From Bacilli bacterium (lineage in GTDB: Bacteria; Bacillota_I; Bacilli_A; RF39; UBA660): a stretch of 64,000 nucleotides of DNA. The notes under the pieces were generated by a model, which saw only the letters and a program-made list of their open reading frames with translations, did not search any database and was not told the origin of the DNA. Position numbers and translations under genes: made by a program. Of the stretch, positions 1 through 9,540 are shown piece by piece. The stretch's first letter is position 1, and each line of letters opens with the position of its first letter. Location of the stretch: NCBI GenBank assembly GCA_016283075.1, contig JAEEMF010000018.1, positions 2,445 through 66,444 of the forward strand, written 5' to 3'.

Positions 1-685
1 TATGACATATTATTTCATTACAGTTATCTTTACCTGGATTATATATAAAGTGATATGCGATTGTAGATATTGATCCAGCTATCTTTTCATTACTATTTTC
101 ATGATTATATACTTCAGTATTATCACCTTTTAATATATAGTAGAATTCATCATTATATATTACGTAATACTTATCTCCATCCATTATATAGATAGGTAAA
201 TCTACTTCTTCTGGAAGGGTATATATAAGTTTATCATCTTTATATAAAGAAGTACTTTCTTTAGTCTTTATATTTTTATCAAAAGGTATATATCTTTTAA
301 ATCTCTTTTCATATTCAGTAGGTTCTACACTTGGAGTACTATCTTCATAATATAAGTAATACTCTTTTTCTAAAGTTTCAATAGGAAAATATAAAGTATT
401 TTCATTAATAGTAATATCTTTTAATTTTAAAGTAACATCTTCTCCTAATGTACCGCACTTTTTATATTCTTTATTTTCTAAGCAGTAAAGATTTGCTTCT
501 TTATTAGTTTTAACGTAAGTACTATAGTTACCAGATACTGCCTGTATAAGTAAATGTACTTTAATAGTTTCTTCAGCAAGCATCTTTTCTTTATACTTAA
601 GATACTTATAAGTAAAGAATCCTCCGCAAGATAAGACAATTAAAAGAAAACATATTACTATTATTACTTTAACTTTCTTTCCCAT
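1..685 (-). CDS. hypothetical membrane-anchored or lipoprotein-like protein, 3' end cut by window edge
   Basis: Minus-strand frame is open from position 1 to the ATG at 683-685, with GGTGG upstream. N-terminus is MGKKVKVIIVICFLLIVLSCGGFF (signal anchor, lipobox-like VLSC). Absent from the ORF track because it runs off the window. Confidence 0.5.
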   Translation of the reverse strand, partial: MGKKVKVIIVICFLLIVLSCGGFFTYKYLKYKEKMLAEETIKVHLLIQAVSGNYSTYVKTNKEANLYCLENKEYKKCGTLGEDVTLKLKDITINENTLYFPIETLEKEYYLYYEDSTPSVEPTEYEKRFKRYIPFDKNIKTKESTSLYKDDKLIYTLPEEVDLPIYIMDGDKYYVIYNDEFYYILKGDNTEVYNHENSNEKIAGSISTIAYHFIYNPGKDNCNEIICH

Positions 686-818
686 ATTACCACCATAATA
701 ATTTTATCAAATATTTTGAAAGTTTACTAGATATATTTTTATGTAAAGTATTTAACATATAATACTTCTAACATTTCTTTTTTATATAAAATAATATATA
801 ATTATACTAGGTGATTAT

Positions 819-2717
819 ATGGCAAGGAAGAAAAATACTATAGAAGAAAATACTACTAACGAAGAATTAAAAGAATTCTTTGAAGAAGTACAAAAAGAAA
901 AAGAAAAGTTAGAAGATGAAACTAAAGATGTAGAACTTGAAATTACTGAAGAAATAAAGCCAGTTGAAGTAAAAGAAGAAAAAAAAGAAAAGAAAGAAAG
1001 TAAATTTAAATCAGTACTCTTAGTACTAGCATTTATCTTTGCTTTAGGATATTACCTACTAAATATTAAAGATGTTTTTGATACAGTAGAATATGTTAAA
1101 AATATTTTAAATGCTTCCCTTGTTTTATTACTTCTATTTCTTATAGTAATAGCACTTCTTACTAGTAAAACAGCAAAAAGTGTATTTACTATTTTATCTT
1201 CCCTACTTTTAATAGCTATAGTTACTTTAAATATATTAGTAAATAAAGATATAATAAAACTTCCAGTAAATAAAGTACTAGAAAACTACGTTAATACTTC
1301 TTTTGCAAGTGCTATGAAAGAACTTGGAGAAAACAGTATTAAAGTTAATAGTAGTTATGAATATAGTGATAATGTTATTGAAGGAAATATTATTAGTCAG
1401 GATTTAAAAGAAGGGACTCTTCTTAAGAAAATAAAAGAAATTACATTTATAGTATCAAGTGGTCCAAGTTTAGATAAAGAAATGATTATTTCTTCTTGGA
1501 CAGGAAGAACTTTAGATGAACTTCTAGAATATATTGATACAAATCATTTAAGTAATGTTACTTTAAACTTTGAAACAAGTAATGATTATGAAAAAGATAT
1601 TATTATTAGTCAAAGTACTAAAGGAGAAATAAAAAGAAATACTAAAGTTACTTTTACTATTTCTCTAGGAAATGAAAACTCTTTAAAAGATATAGTACTA
1701 GATGATTTAGTAAATAAAACAGAATTTGATGCAACTCTATATTTAAAAAGAAATGCTATAAAATATGAAATAAGTTATGATTTTAGTAAAACTATTAAAA
1801 AAGGAAATGTAATTAGTTTTACTCCTAGTAAAGGTACTACTGTTAAACCTAAAAGTGATATAGTAAAACTTGTTATTTCTAAAGGTAAAGAAATAGAAGT
1901 ACTTGATTTTGCAGGTAAGACTCAAGATGAAATAGTAAACTGGGCAGTAGATAATAATTTAAAAGTTACATTTAAAGAAAAATATAGTAATACAATTGAA
2001 AAAGATAAAGTTATTAGTCTAAATTATAAAGCAGGAGAAAAGATTGCGGAAGGAACTACAATAACTGTTACAACAAGTACTGGTAAGCTTTTAGTTCCAA
2101 CCCTTAAGAATTCAGCAGAACTTAGATCTTGGGCTAGTCAGTATAATATATCTTATACTGAAAGATATGAATTTAATACTAAGGTAGCAAGAGGAGGAAT
2201 AGTAAGTTTATCTATTCCATCAGGAAGTCCAATAGATCCAGAAAAAAATACACTTGATGTATTAATATCAAATGGTTCACCTATAAGTGTTCCAAACTTT
2301 GTAGGTAAATCTAAATCAACTATTCAAAGTGAATGTAATAAGAATAGTTTAAACTGTTCATTTGTTACAGCTGGATATAATAATGGTATGAATAAAGATA
2401 CTGCATTAAGTCAAAATGTTCCTGCTGGAAGACAAGTAGTAGCAGGTACTTACATTACAATTACTTTAACAAAAGGTACTCCTAGATCTGAATCAGTATT
2501 AATTCAAGATACTTGGTTAGGACACTCTCCTCAAGAAACAATTAATACTATTAAGAAAAACTTATCTTCAGTACTAAGTGATGTTAACTTCGTATTTGAA
2601 ATAAGAGCACATAATACACAAGGTTCTGGTTTAATACATGAATCCTCTCCTATTCAAGCTGGAGAAAGATTTACTATTACACAAGGACAAACTTATAAAA
2701 TAATAGTAGTTGAATAA
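819..2717 (+). CDS. membrane protein with Glu/Lys-rich cytoplasmic N-tail, 3 TM helices and 6-7 tandem PASTA-like extracellular repeats; no kinase or PBP domain
   Basis: AGGTGA RBS before the ATG. About 65-aa repeats fit the PASTA pattern, e.g. VLDFAGKTQDEIVNWAVDNNLKVTF...GEKIAEGTTITVTTSTG and VPNFVGKSKSTIQSECNKNSLNC...VPAGRQVVAGTYITITLTKG. Confidence 0.6.
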   Translation: MARKKNTIEENTTNEELKEFFEEVQKEKEKLEDETKDVELEITEEIKPVEVKEEKKEKKESKFKSVLLVLAFIFALGYYLLNIKDVFDTVEYVKNILNASLVLLLLFLIVIALLTSKTAKSVFTILSSLLLIAIVTLNILVNKDIIKLPVNKVLENYVNTSFASAMKELGENSIKVNSSYEYSDNVIEGNIISQDLKEGTLLKKIKEITFIVSSGPSLDKEMIISSWTGRTLDELLEYIDTNHLSNVTLNFETSNDYEKDIIISQSTKGEIKRNTKVTFTISLGNENSLKDIVLDDLVNKTEFDATLYLKRNAIKYEISYDFSKTIKKGNVISFTPSKGTTVKPKSDIVKLVISKGKEIEVLDFAGKTQDEIVNWAVDNNLKVTFKEKYSNTIEKDKVISLNYKAGEKIAEGTTITVTTSTGKLLVPTLKNSAELRSWASQYNISYTERYEFNTKVARGGIVSLSIPSGSPIDPEKNTLDVLISNGSPISVPNFVGKSKSTIQSECNKNSLNCSFVTAGYNNGMNKDTALSQNVPAGRQVVAGTYITITLTKGTPRSESVLIQDTWLGHSPQETINTIKKNLSSVLSDVNFVFEIRAHNTQGSGLIHESSPIQAGERFTITQGQTYKIIVVE

Positions 2718-2740
2718 AAGGATACATAAGTATCCTTTTT
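2718..2740 (+). terminator. rho-independent terminator after the PASTA gene
   Basis: Hairpin AAGGATAC-ATAA-GTATCCTT followed by a T-run, directly after the TAA stop. Confidence 0.75.
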
Positions 2741-2748
2741 AAGTGCAT

Positions 2749-2773
2749 AAAAAAACGTTACTAATGTAACGCT
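2749..2773 (-). terminator. rho-independent terminator for the minus-strand lipoprotein gene
   Basis: Hairpin ACGTTAC/GTAACG with a T-run on the minus strand (A6 on plus), just downstream of the stop at 2778. Confidence 0.65.
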
Positions 2774-2777
2774 TTTA

Positions 2778-3230
2778 TTATTTAGCTTCTTCTAAAGCAG
2801 TATTTACTGCATTAACAAGTGCATCAATTTTAATTGTAACTCCTGATACAGTATCAGTTGTACTATCATCTTTTAAAGTAATAAAGTCAGTACCATTATG
2901 TTCTACGATAGCTTTTTCAAGTTTTTCTACTTGAACATACCATTCACCTGAAGCAGATGGATTGTATTTAACCATATTGTAATCATCTTTTAAAGCTTTT
3001 TTAGTTGTTTCAGTTCCATCTGATGTTTTATATGTAGTATCTAAATAAACTGATTCAATATTACCTTTCTTATTGATTACAACTTTTGCAGAAGCAATAT
3101 TTCCTTCATTGTTATATGGGTCTACTACTTCAGCACTCCAAGTACCTTCTTTATATTTGCCAGCTTTTTCACATCCAGTTAAAGATACTAAAAAAACTAA
3201 GGCTAATAAAACTGTAAAAACTTTTTTCAT
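2778..3230 (-). CDS. lipoprotein with FMN-binding-domain-like fold
   Basis: Lipobox LTGC after the signal peptide. Pattern YKEGTW...GNIASAKVVINKKGNIESVYLD...VSGVTIKIDALVNAVNTALEEAK resembles FMN_bind domains (SGAT-type motif present as SGVT). Confidence 0.5.
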   Translation of the reverse strand: MKKVFTVLLALVFLVSLTGCEKAGKYKEGTWSAEVVDPYNNEGNIASAKVVINKKGNIESVYLDTTYKTSDGTETTKKALKDDYNMVKYNPSASGEWYVQVEKLEKAIVEHNGTDFITLKDDSTTDTVSGVTIKIDALVNAVNTALEEAK

Positions 3231-3301
3231 TTTCGTATCCTCCTATTAATAATTGTATCAAATCATATTATATATTTCAATAAAAAAGATAGTATTTTAC
3301 A

Positions 3302-4240
3302 CTATCTTATAAATACATATGCTAAATATACTGCATATAAAGAAAGTAAAAAGATACCCTCTTTTTTACTAATATTTCTATTTTTTAATATAAGTATATA
3401 AACAATAATTGTTACTATAAACATAAATATAATATCTACAAGTGATTCAGTAGTAAATACTACTGGAGATATTACTGCTGATAAAGCAAGTACAAATAGT
3501 AAGTTAAAGATATTAGATCCTACTACATTACCTATTGCTAAATCAGTTTCACCTTTTTTAACAGCAACTAGTGATGTTATAAGTTCTGGTAAACTTGTAC
3601 CTATATCTATTAAAGATATAGTAACAACGCTATGACTTATATTAAACATTTCTGCTATATCTTGAGCATTTTTTACTACCATATCACTACCTATAATAAT
3701 ACCTGCTAAACCAAATATTACAAATAAGAATGATGATATCTTCATTTTCTCTTTTTTCTTCTTTTTAACTGGTTTATGATTACTTAGTACATCATTTATT
3801 AATGTATAAACATATGCACATAAGAAACCAAGAAGTAGTAATCCGGAAGTTCTACTTATAAAGCTAGATCCTTGATAAAATCTCGTAGAACCAGCTAGTA
3901 ATACTATTAATGCTGCAAAAATAGCATAAACATAATCTCTAGTTACTACTTTTTCTTTAGTAACTAGCTTACCTGCTACTCCGCATACTCCAAGTACTAG
4001 TAGTAAGTTACATATATTAGATCCTATAGCATTACTTATTACTATAGCATTATCTCCTTTTAGTGATGCTGTAATACTTATTGCAGCTTCTGGAGCACTA
4101 GTTCCAAACGATACAATAGTAAGTCCTATAATAAGTGTTGGTATACCAAGAGCTTTAGCAATATCACTACATCCATCTACGAAATAATCAGCACTTTTTA
4201 CTAGTAAAACAAGTCCAATAATAACTAATAGAAAACTCAT
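3302..4240 (-). CDS. Ca2+/Na+ antiporter, CaCA (YrbG-like) family
   Basis: Two alpha-repeat signatures, GTSAPEAAISITA and GTSLPELITSLVA, plus GNVVGSNIFNL; about 10 TM segments. The ORF-track start at 4276 is GTG. The ATG at 4240 has a GGTGGTG RBS and is preferred. Confidence 0.85.
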   Translation of the reverse strand: MSFLLVIIGLVLLVKSADYFVDGCSDIAKALGIPTLIIGLTIVSFGTSAPEAAISITASLKGDNAIVISNAIGSNICNLLLVLGVCGVAGKLVTKEKVVTRDYVYAIFAALIVLLAGSTRFYQGSSFISRTSGLLLLGFLCAYVYTLINDVLSNHKPVKKKKKEKMKISSFLFVIFGLAGIIIGSDMVVKNAQDIAEMFNISHSVVTISLIDIGTSLPELITSLVAVKKGETDLAIGNVVGSNIFNLLFVLALSAVISPVVFTTESLVDIIFMFIVTIIVYILILKNRNISKKEGIFLLSLYAVYLAYVFIR

Positions 4241-4343
4241 ATCAACACCACCACTACTATAAGATGAGTATAACACAAAAAGAAACTGATATCAATTGAC
4301 TTAAAATATTCTCTATATTATAATTTTACATAGAGGCGAGATT

Positions 4344-4475
4344 ATGAAAGATAATAATAAAAAGAAAAAGAAATTTAAAATAAATGGTCAAAAAATAGCA
4401 GTTTTATTTATGTTAATTGCAACTATTGCCTTATTTATTTCATCTATAGTATCCGGCTTAGTTCAAGCTGGATAA
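4344..4475 (+). CDS. small (43 aa) single-TM protein, hypothetical
   Basis: Not in the ORF track. Sequence MKDNNKKKKKFKINGQKIAVLFMLIATIALFISSIVSGLVQAG, with an AGAGG-like RBS and a strong terminator immediately downstream. Confidence 0.35.
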   Translation: MKDNNKKKKKFKINGQKIAVLFMLIATIALFISSIVSGLVQAG

Positions 4476-4477
4476 CG

Positions 4478-4506
4478 AAAAAACCACTTTCTAGTGGTTT
4501 TTTATT
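4478..4506. terminator. bidirectional rho-independent terminator
   Basis: AAACCACT-TTCT-AGTGGTTT flanked by an A-run and a T-run, between convergent genes. Confidence 0.7.
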
Positions 4507-5020
4507 TTAATCTTTTTCTTACATTTGTAACCATTACAATATCATATACTCCAGATACAAATAATATTAATCCAAATACTCTTATTAAAAGTTCAAGAGA
4601 TCCTAGTGGATTAAATATTAATACTATACCTAAAGCAAGAAGTACTATTGTAACAATTAAATTACTTATCCATACAGTAGATTTTAAATCTTTAATAGCA
4701 AGTAAGTCTCCTAATTTACCTACCGCATTAATAATAACAAAGATACCTGCTACAAAAGGAATTATACTTGCAATAAATGTTGGATTCATAAATAAATAAA
4801 TTCCAAATAAGAAGAATAATACTCCTATAACAAGATTAAATACACGTGCTCTATTTTCTAAATAAGAATACATTTGTATTGACCCTATAAATAAGCATAT
4901 AGCCCCTATAAAGTATCCAAATGAACTATTTACCATTCCAGGTATAATCATCATTATAAGGCCTATTACAACGTATATAAAAGACGAAGCACTATAACTA
5001 TTAATAACTCTATTATTCAT
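4502..5020 (-). CDS. polytopic membrane protein, HdeD/DUF308-like
   Basis: 172 aa with about 6 short TM helices and repeated G-rich helix spacing. GAGG RBS. Confidence 0.45.
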   Translation of the reverse strand: MNNRVINSYSASSFIYVVIGLIMMIIPGMVNSSFGYFIGAICLFIGSIQMYSYLENRARVFNLVIGVLFFLFGIYLFMNPTFIASIIPFVAGIFVIINAVGKLGDLLAIKDLKSTVWISNLIVTIVLLALGIVLIFNPLGSLELLIRVFGLILFVSGVYDIVMVTNVRKRLK

Positions 5021-5077
5021 ATTCTACCTCCACTCTAAATATAGTATAACACAAAAAAAGAAGATTACTCTTCTTTT

Positions 5078-5401
5078 TTAATAATTACTTTTAGTACTAA
5101 CAGCGCACTGTTTTTCAAGTAGTGATCTTTCAGTAAGAATTTTCTCTGCAGTAAGTAAATTAGTATAAGCATTTTCTACGTATACTAAAAGTTCTTTACC
5201 GCTTTCAGTAAGTTCTGTTCCTGATAGATTTCTTAGAAATAATTTAGTATTTAAAGATTCTTCTAACTTCTTTAAAGACTTGCTAATAGCAGGTTGTGAT
5301 ACATAAAGTTTCTTTGATGCAGCAGAAATACTACCTTCCTTAGCAACATAATAAAATACGCGATATAAATTTAAATTTACCCAGTCTGCAGTTTCAATCA
5401 T
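5078..5401 (-). CDS. LysR-type winged-HTH domain only (no effector-binding domain)
   Basis: VFYYVAKEGSISAASKKLYVSQPAISKSLKKLEESLNTKLFLR is a classic LysR N-terminal HTH, but the protein ends after about 107-110 aa. The ATG at 5401 has an AGGTGA RBS; the track start at 5410 is GTG. Confidence 0.6.
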   Translation of the reverse strand: MIETADWVNLNLYRVFYYVAKEGSISAASKKLYVSQPAISKSLKKLEESLNTKLFLRNLSGTELTESGKELLVYVENAYTNLLTAEKILTERSLLEKQCAVSTKSNY

Positions 5402-5490
5402 TACATTCACCTACTTCATTATTAATTAATTTCGTTGAAACTTATTATAGCATAATAATTATTTTTTACAACAAAAAAATTCATTATTTT

Positions 5491-6312
5491 TTAAATGAAT
5501 TTTTTTATTATACCTTTACTAAATTTTTGATTCATTTCATAGTAATATTTCCCAGTATCTGTAAGTGATACATCGTAACTACTAAGTCTTTCTTTTAATA
5601 GTTCTAATATATCTAATTCCATAAGAATTTTAAAGTAATTTAAAGAGTCAGGATGCTTTTCTATAAAGTCATATAAGTTTTTAGACGGATACTGATGACG
5701 TTCTAAAGTATCATGAATTCTAATATTTTCAATACAGCTAGTATACTCTTTAAATACTTCAGTAGGATTATCAAGTGAAAAAGGTTCAAAGTTATTATTA
5801 AAAGATTTACTGTAATCATATATAGGAGCAAGTTTACAAGTATTAAAATCATCTCTACTACATACCATTATGTTAACATGTCCCCTATCTCTTTGTCTCA
5901 TAAATATATCAAGAGATATTAATTTTAGTATATTTTGATAATCACTTTCTAAATGAAAGTAATCCATAAACTCTCTTACATTTTTATCATAAGGAGGATT
6001 CTTTCTATTACAAATAAGTGCTCTATTAGCAGAGTCTAAATCAAATAAATTAGAATATTCTAAACCTTTTTCTTTAAAATCAGGAGAAATAACCGCATAT
6101 TCTTCTCCGATATTAACAGGTTCATAATTTGCAGTAGAAAGATTAAGTTTCTTAGCAAGTTCTTCACCTACTAGTTCATTAAAATTCCAAACATATTTTA
6201 CAAAGTAGTACTTACCATCTATATAAGCATTTCGATACCCACTTAAATCTTTATACTCTATTTTCTTAATAAAACTATTATCTTTTAAAGACTTATGAAA
6301 AAAATCATCCAT
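5491..6312 (-). CDS. HipA / PI3-4-kinase-like putative kinase (paralog of 38809..39627)
   Basis: Catalytic-loop-like QRDRGHVNIMV and LAPIYDY motifs. Alignable by eye with the 38809 gene (GQEDRAGVNVQIA, LAPVYDY). The ATG at 6312 has an AAGAGG RBS; the track start at 6318 is TTG. Confidence 0.5.
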   Translation of the reverse strand: MDDFFHKSLKDNSFIKKIEYKDLSGYRNAYIDGKYYFVKYVWNFNELVGEELAKKLNLSTANYEPVNIGEEYAVISPDFKEKGLEYSNLFDLDSANRALICNRKNPPYDKNVREFMDYFHLESDYQNILKLISLDIFMRQRDRGHVNIMVCSRDDFNTCKLAPIYDYSKSFNNNFEPFSLDNPTEVFKEYTSCIENIRIHDTLERHQYPSKNLYDFIEKHPDSLNYFKILMELDILELLKERLSSYDVSLTDTGKYYYEMNQKFSKGIIKKFI

Positions 6313-6349
6313 ATCCAAAACCTCTTAAGTAAATTATAACATTTACAAA

Positions 6350-6374
6350 GAAAAAAGCTACAAAATTGTAGCTT
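6350..6374 (-). terminator. rho-independent terminator after ftsZ
   Basis: AAGCTACA-AAAT-TGTAGCTT overlapping the ftsZ stop, with a T-run on the minus strand. Confidence 0.7.
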
Positions 6375-7455
6375 AGAATCCTCTATTTCTTAGTGATGAA
6401 GAGAAGTAAGAATCATCATCGTCATCGCCAGTAACATCATCAACTGTTAAAGTTTCGATTTTAGCATGACTTGGAGTAACTTGTTTACCTCCATTTAATT
6501 TTCTTTCTGTATCTTCAAATCCTGTTGCAATAACTGTAACAATGATTTCATCATTTAAATTTTCATTAATAACTGCACCAAAGATAGTATTGATATCTCC
6601 TCCAGCACTAGTTCTAATAACTTCAGCAGCTTCTTCAACTTCAAATAAAGCTAAGTTTGCTCCACCTGTTACGTTGATAATTGCATCAGTTGCTCCTTCA
6701 ATACTAGTTTCAAGTAGTGGTGAAGAGATAGCTTGTTTAGCAGCTTCAGTAGCTCTTCCATCTCCTACTCCAATACCAATACCGATTAAAGCTTTACCAC
6801 GGTCTTTCATAACAGTCTTAACGTCAGCAAAGTCTAGGTTGATTAATCCAGCTACAGCAATTAAGTCTGAGATAGATTGAACACCACGTCTTAGTACGTT
6901 ATCAACTTCTTTGAATGATTCAAGAAGTGGAGTTGTTTTATCAATAATTTCTCTTAATTTATCATTTGGAATAACTATTAAAGTATCTACATGTTTTTTA
7001 AGTTCTTCTAATCCTTCTTGAGCATGTACCATTCTTTTTCTTCCTTCAAATGAGAATGGTTTAGTAACAATACCTACAGTAAGTGCACCAAGGTCTTGAG
7101 AGATTTCAGCTATTACTGGAGCAGCTCCAGTACCAGTTCCTCCACCCATACCACAAGTAACAAAAACCATATCAGCTCCATCTAAAGCTTTTTCAATTTC
7201 AGCCTTAGATTCTAAAGCAGCTTCTTTACCAATATCAGGATTAGCTCCTGCACCAAGTCCATTAGTTAACTTAGCACCAATTTGAATTTTAGTTTCAGCC
7301 TTAGATTGATTTAAAACTTGTAAATCAGTATTAGCAACGATAAATTCTACACCTTGAACACCAGATTCAATCATACGGTTAACAGCATTATTACCACCGC
7401 CACCAACACCTATAACTTTAATCTTTGCTAATTGATCCATTTCTAAACCTAACAT
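6373..7455 (-). CDS. ftsZ: cell division protein FtsZ
   Basis: [13 protein letters not shown] and [13 protein letters not shown] tubulin signatures. AAGGAGG RBS. Confidence 0.97.
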   Translation of the reverse strand: MLGLEMDQLAKIKVIGVGGGGNNAVNRMIESGVQGVEFIVANTDLQVLNQSKAETKIQIGAKLTNGLGAGANPDIGKEAALESKAEIEKALDGADMVFVTCGMGGGTGTGAAPVIAEISQDLGALTVGIVTKPFSFEGRKRMVHAQEGLEELKKHVDTLIVIPNDKLREIIDKTTPLLESFKEVDNVLRRGVQSISDLIAVAGLINLDFADVKTVMKDRGKALIGIGIGVGDGRATEAAKQAISSPLLETSIEGATDAIINVTGGANLALFEVEEAAEVIRTSAGGDINTIFGAVINENLNDEIIVTVIATGFEDTERKLNGGKQVTPSHAKIETLTVDDVTGDDDDDSYFSSSLRNRGF

Positions 7456-7470
7456 AAATAAATTTCCTCC

Positions 7471-8715
7471 TTATTCGCCAAAAAAGTATTGTGTAACTAT
7501 TCCAATCTTTGATTCACTTACTAAATTAGCGCTATTTCTTTTCGCAGATGATAATTCCTCGCAATCTTTAGGACTTATCATTGAATAACTTTTTCCTTTT
7601 AATTTTAATTTGTTTATAAAATAAATTATATTCCCTAAAGCAACCGAATAAGAATTTTTACGACATCCCACTATATCGATTCTTCCTACATGTGCTTTTT
7701 TACCAAAATTTTCATTTAAAATATAATCAAAATGATCCATGTCACTAGTACCACCAGTAAACAATATATAGTCTACATCACAATCTAGTAGATTTGCAAG
7801 TTCTTTTTTAACTAAATCCATTATTTCATTTAACCTGTTTTCAATTAATTCACTTACTTCAAATTGATTAATTTTAATATTTTCTTCATTTTCATTTCTT
7901 GTTTCAAAGAAATCATTAACACTTGCATATTTCTTAGAAGCAAATGCAAATTTTTCTTTAATCTTTTTAGCTTCTTTAGGACTAATCTTATATGCAAATG
8001 ATATATCGTTATCTAGAATAGTACTTCCTACTCCTATAATAGAGTTTTTAACGATTATACCCTTATTATACACCGAAACAGTTGTTGTTTCACTTCCGAT
8101 ATCAACAATTGCTCCTACAGATTCATCTATTCCTTTACTTTGGAATGTATTAACATTACCAATACCATCTATCATGATATCAACAACATCTATTCCAACA
8201 TTTTTCATAATAGCTAAAACAGAATAAACATTTTTCTTTGGTGTAGAAATCATAATAGCTCTTGTAGAAATAACATTACCTACTTTACCAAATGGTTTTG
8301 TTGTTGTTACGCCATCAATTTTAAAATCAATTGGAATAATTGTTACCATTTCTTCATCAGCAGATAACTTACTTTCTCTTACTGTTGCAAGTAGTTCTAC
8401 TATTTCTTCACTACGAACTTTATGTTCTTCATTAACAATATTAATAGCTCCTTTTAAATAATTAAAATTAGCTGAATATGCAGGTATATTAACTATTGCT
8501 TTATCAATACCAATACCTAGCATAGATTCTACTTTTGAAATAGCTTCTCCTACTGATTCACATGCTGCTTCACTATTTGTAATTACACCACGTTTAATTC
8601 CTCTAGATTTAACAGAAGATGATGCTAAAACATTAAGTTTATTATCTGATAATTCACATACTACAACTTTAATATTACTTGAACCAATATCAATGCTTGT
8701 AAATACATTTTTCAA
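7471..8715 (-). CDS. ftsA: cell division protein FtsA
   Basis: Actin-like ATPase motifs IDIGSSNIKVVV and DIGSETTTVSVY. Located upstream of ftsZ. TTG start with an AGGAG RBS. Confidence 0.93.
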   Translation of the reverse strand: MKNVFTSIDIGSSNIKVVVCELSDNKLNVLASSSVKSRGIKRGVITNSEAACESVGEAISKVESMLGIGIDKAIVNIPAYSANFNYLKGAINIVNEEHKVRSEEIVELLATVRESKLSADEEMVTIIPIDFKIDGVTTTKPFGKVGNVISTRAIMISTPKKNVYSVLAIMKNVGIDVVDIMIDGIGNVNTFQSKGIDESVGAIVDIGSETTTVSVYNKGIIVKNSIIGVGSTILDNDISFAYKISPKEAKKIKEKFAFASKKYASVNDFFETRNENEENIKINQFEVSELIENRLNEIMDLVKKELANLLDCDVDYILFTGGTSDMDHFDYILNENFGKKAHVGRIDIVGCRKNSYSVALGNIIYFINKLKLKGKSYSMISPKDCEELSSAKRNSANLVSESKIGIVTQYFFGE

Positions 8716-8801
8716 AATATCATCTCCTATAATCTATATACAATTATACTATAAAAATTATAAAAGTAAAAGAGAAAACAAAAAAAAGTTCTTATTAGAA
8801 C

Positions 8802-9530
8802 TTAGTTTTGAAGGATTTGAAAATATTCACCTGAATTTAAGTATAATACCCCTTTTTTGTTATTAAAAGTCTTAACAATTTCATTATAATTATTAAGTGA
8901 TGAAAATCTTAAAACAGTTATATAAACATAGTTACCATCATTCATAGTTAGAAGGATTCTTTCAGTATCTACATTATCAGGATCAAACTTTATTTCTGAT
9001 ATCTTATTAAAGACATTTTTATTGAGTTTTAAAAGTGCTTCTATAAGACCATCTAGTACTTCTTCATCCATATTATTTGTAAGTGTAGGAAGATCAAATT
9101 TCTTATCTATTTCCTTTTTATCACTTAGTATTGTTTTACCAGTATTAGCATTAAATAATACTGGGGTATTTTCAGTAATATTTATATATACTCTTGTAAA
9201 ATATTTCTTTTTAACTTTAGCTTTTTTTATTAAAGGATCTTCTTCTAAACGTTTTTCTATTTTGAAATTTAAACTACTAGTAATACTAGGATAATTTTCT
9301 AGTCCGGCTTTTTTAATAATCTCCCAATCACTATATAAAGTATTACCACTTATATAGATATTAGTTATATTCATAGAGAAAAATTTATATATACCAAAAC
9401 CTATTAAGTATAAAACAATAAGTGCTAGTATTACAGCAGGCATCTTTATTTTAAAACGTTTTTTCTTTACTTTTTCGTATACGACTCTTTTTTCCGTACG
9501 ATAATTCTTTTTTTTAGAAGAATCCTTCAT
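8802..9530 (-). CDS. ftsQ: cell division protein FtsQ/DivIB
   Basis: N-terminal basic tail, one TM helix, POTRA-like ITNIYISGNTLYSDWEIIKKAGL. Conserved dcw position. Confidence 0.8.
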   Translation of the reverse strand: MKDSSKKKNYRTEKRVVYEKVKKKRFKIKMPAVILALIVLYLIGFGIYKFFSMNITNIYISGNTLYSDWEIIKKAGLENYPSITSSLNFKIEKRLEEDPLIKKAKVKKKYFTRVYINITENTPVLFNANTGKTILSDKKEIDKKFDLPTLTNNMDEEVLDGLIEALLKLNKNVFNKISEIKFDPDNVDTERILLTMNDGNYVYITVLRFSSLNNYNEIVKTFNNKKGVLYLNSGEYFQILQN

Positions 9531-9540
9531 AAAATCACCA

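Noticed and set aside
6542-6880. Antisense or embedded ORFs within housekeeping and other genes (1743..1925, 4494..4799, 6542..6880, 9022..9294, 9623..9910, 10313..10510, 13262..13474, 14558..14839, 14724..15008, 20647..21054, 24004..24186, 24987..25181, 28404..28682, 29356..29676, 33771..33965, 33814..34050, 36021..36224, 54893..55186, 63637..63837)
   Set aside because: All overlap longer ORFs with clear homology or paralogy on the other strand or frame. They have low-complexity translations and no RBS.
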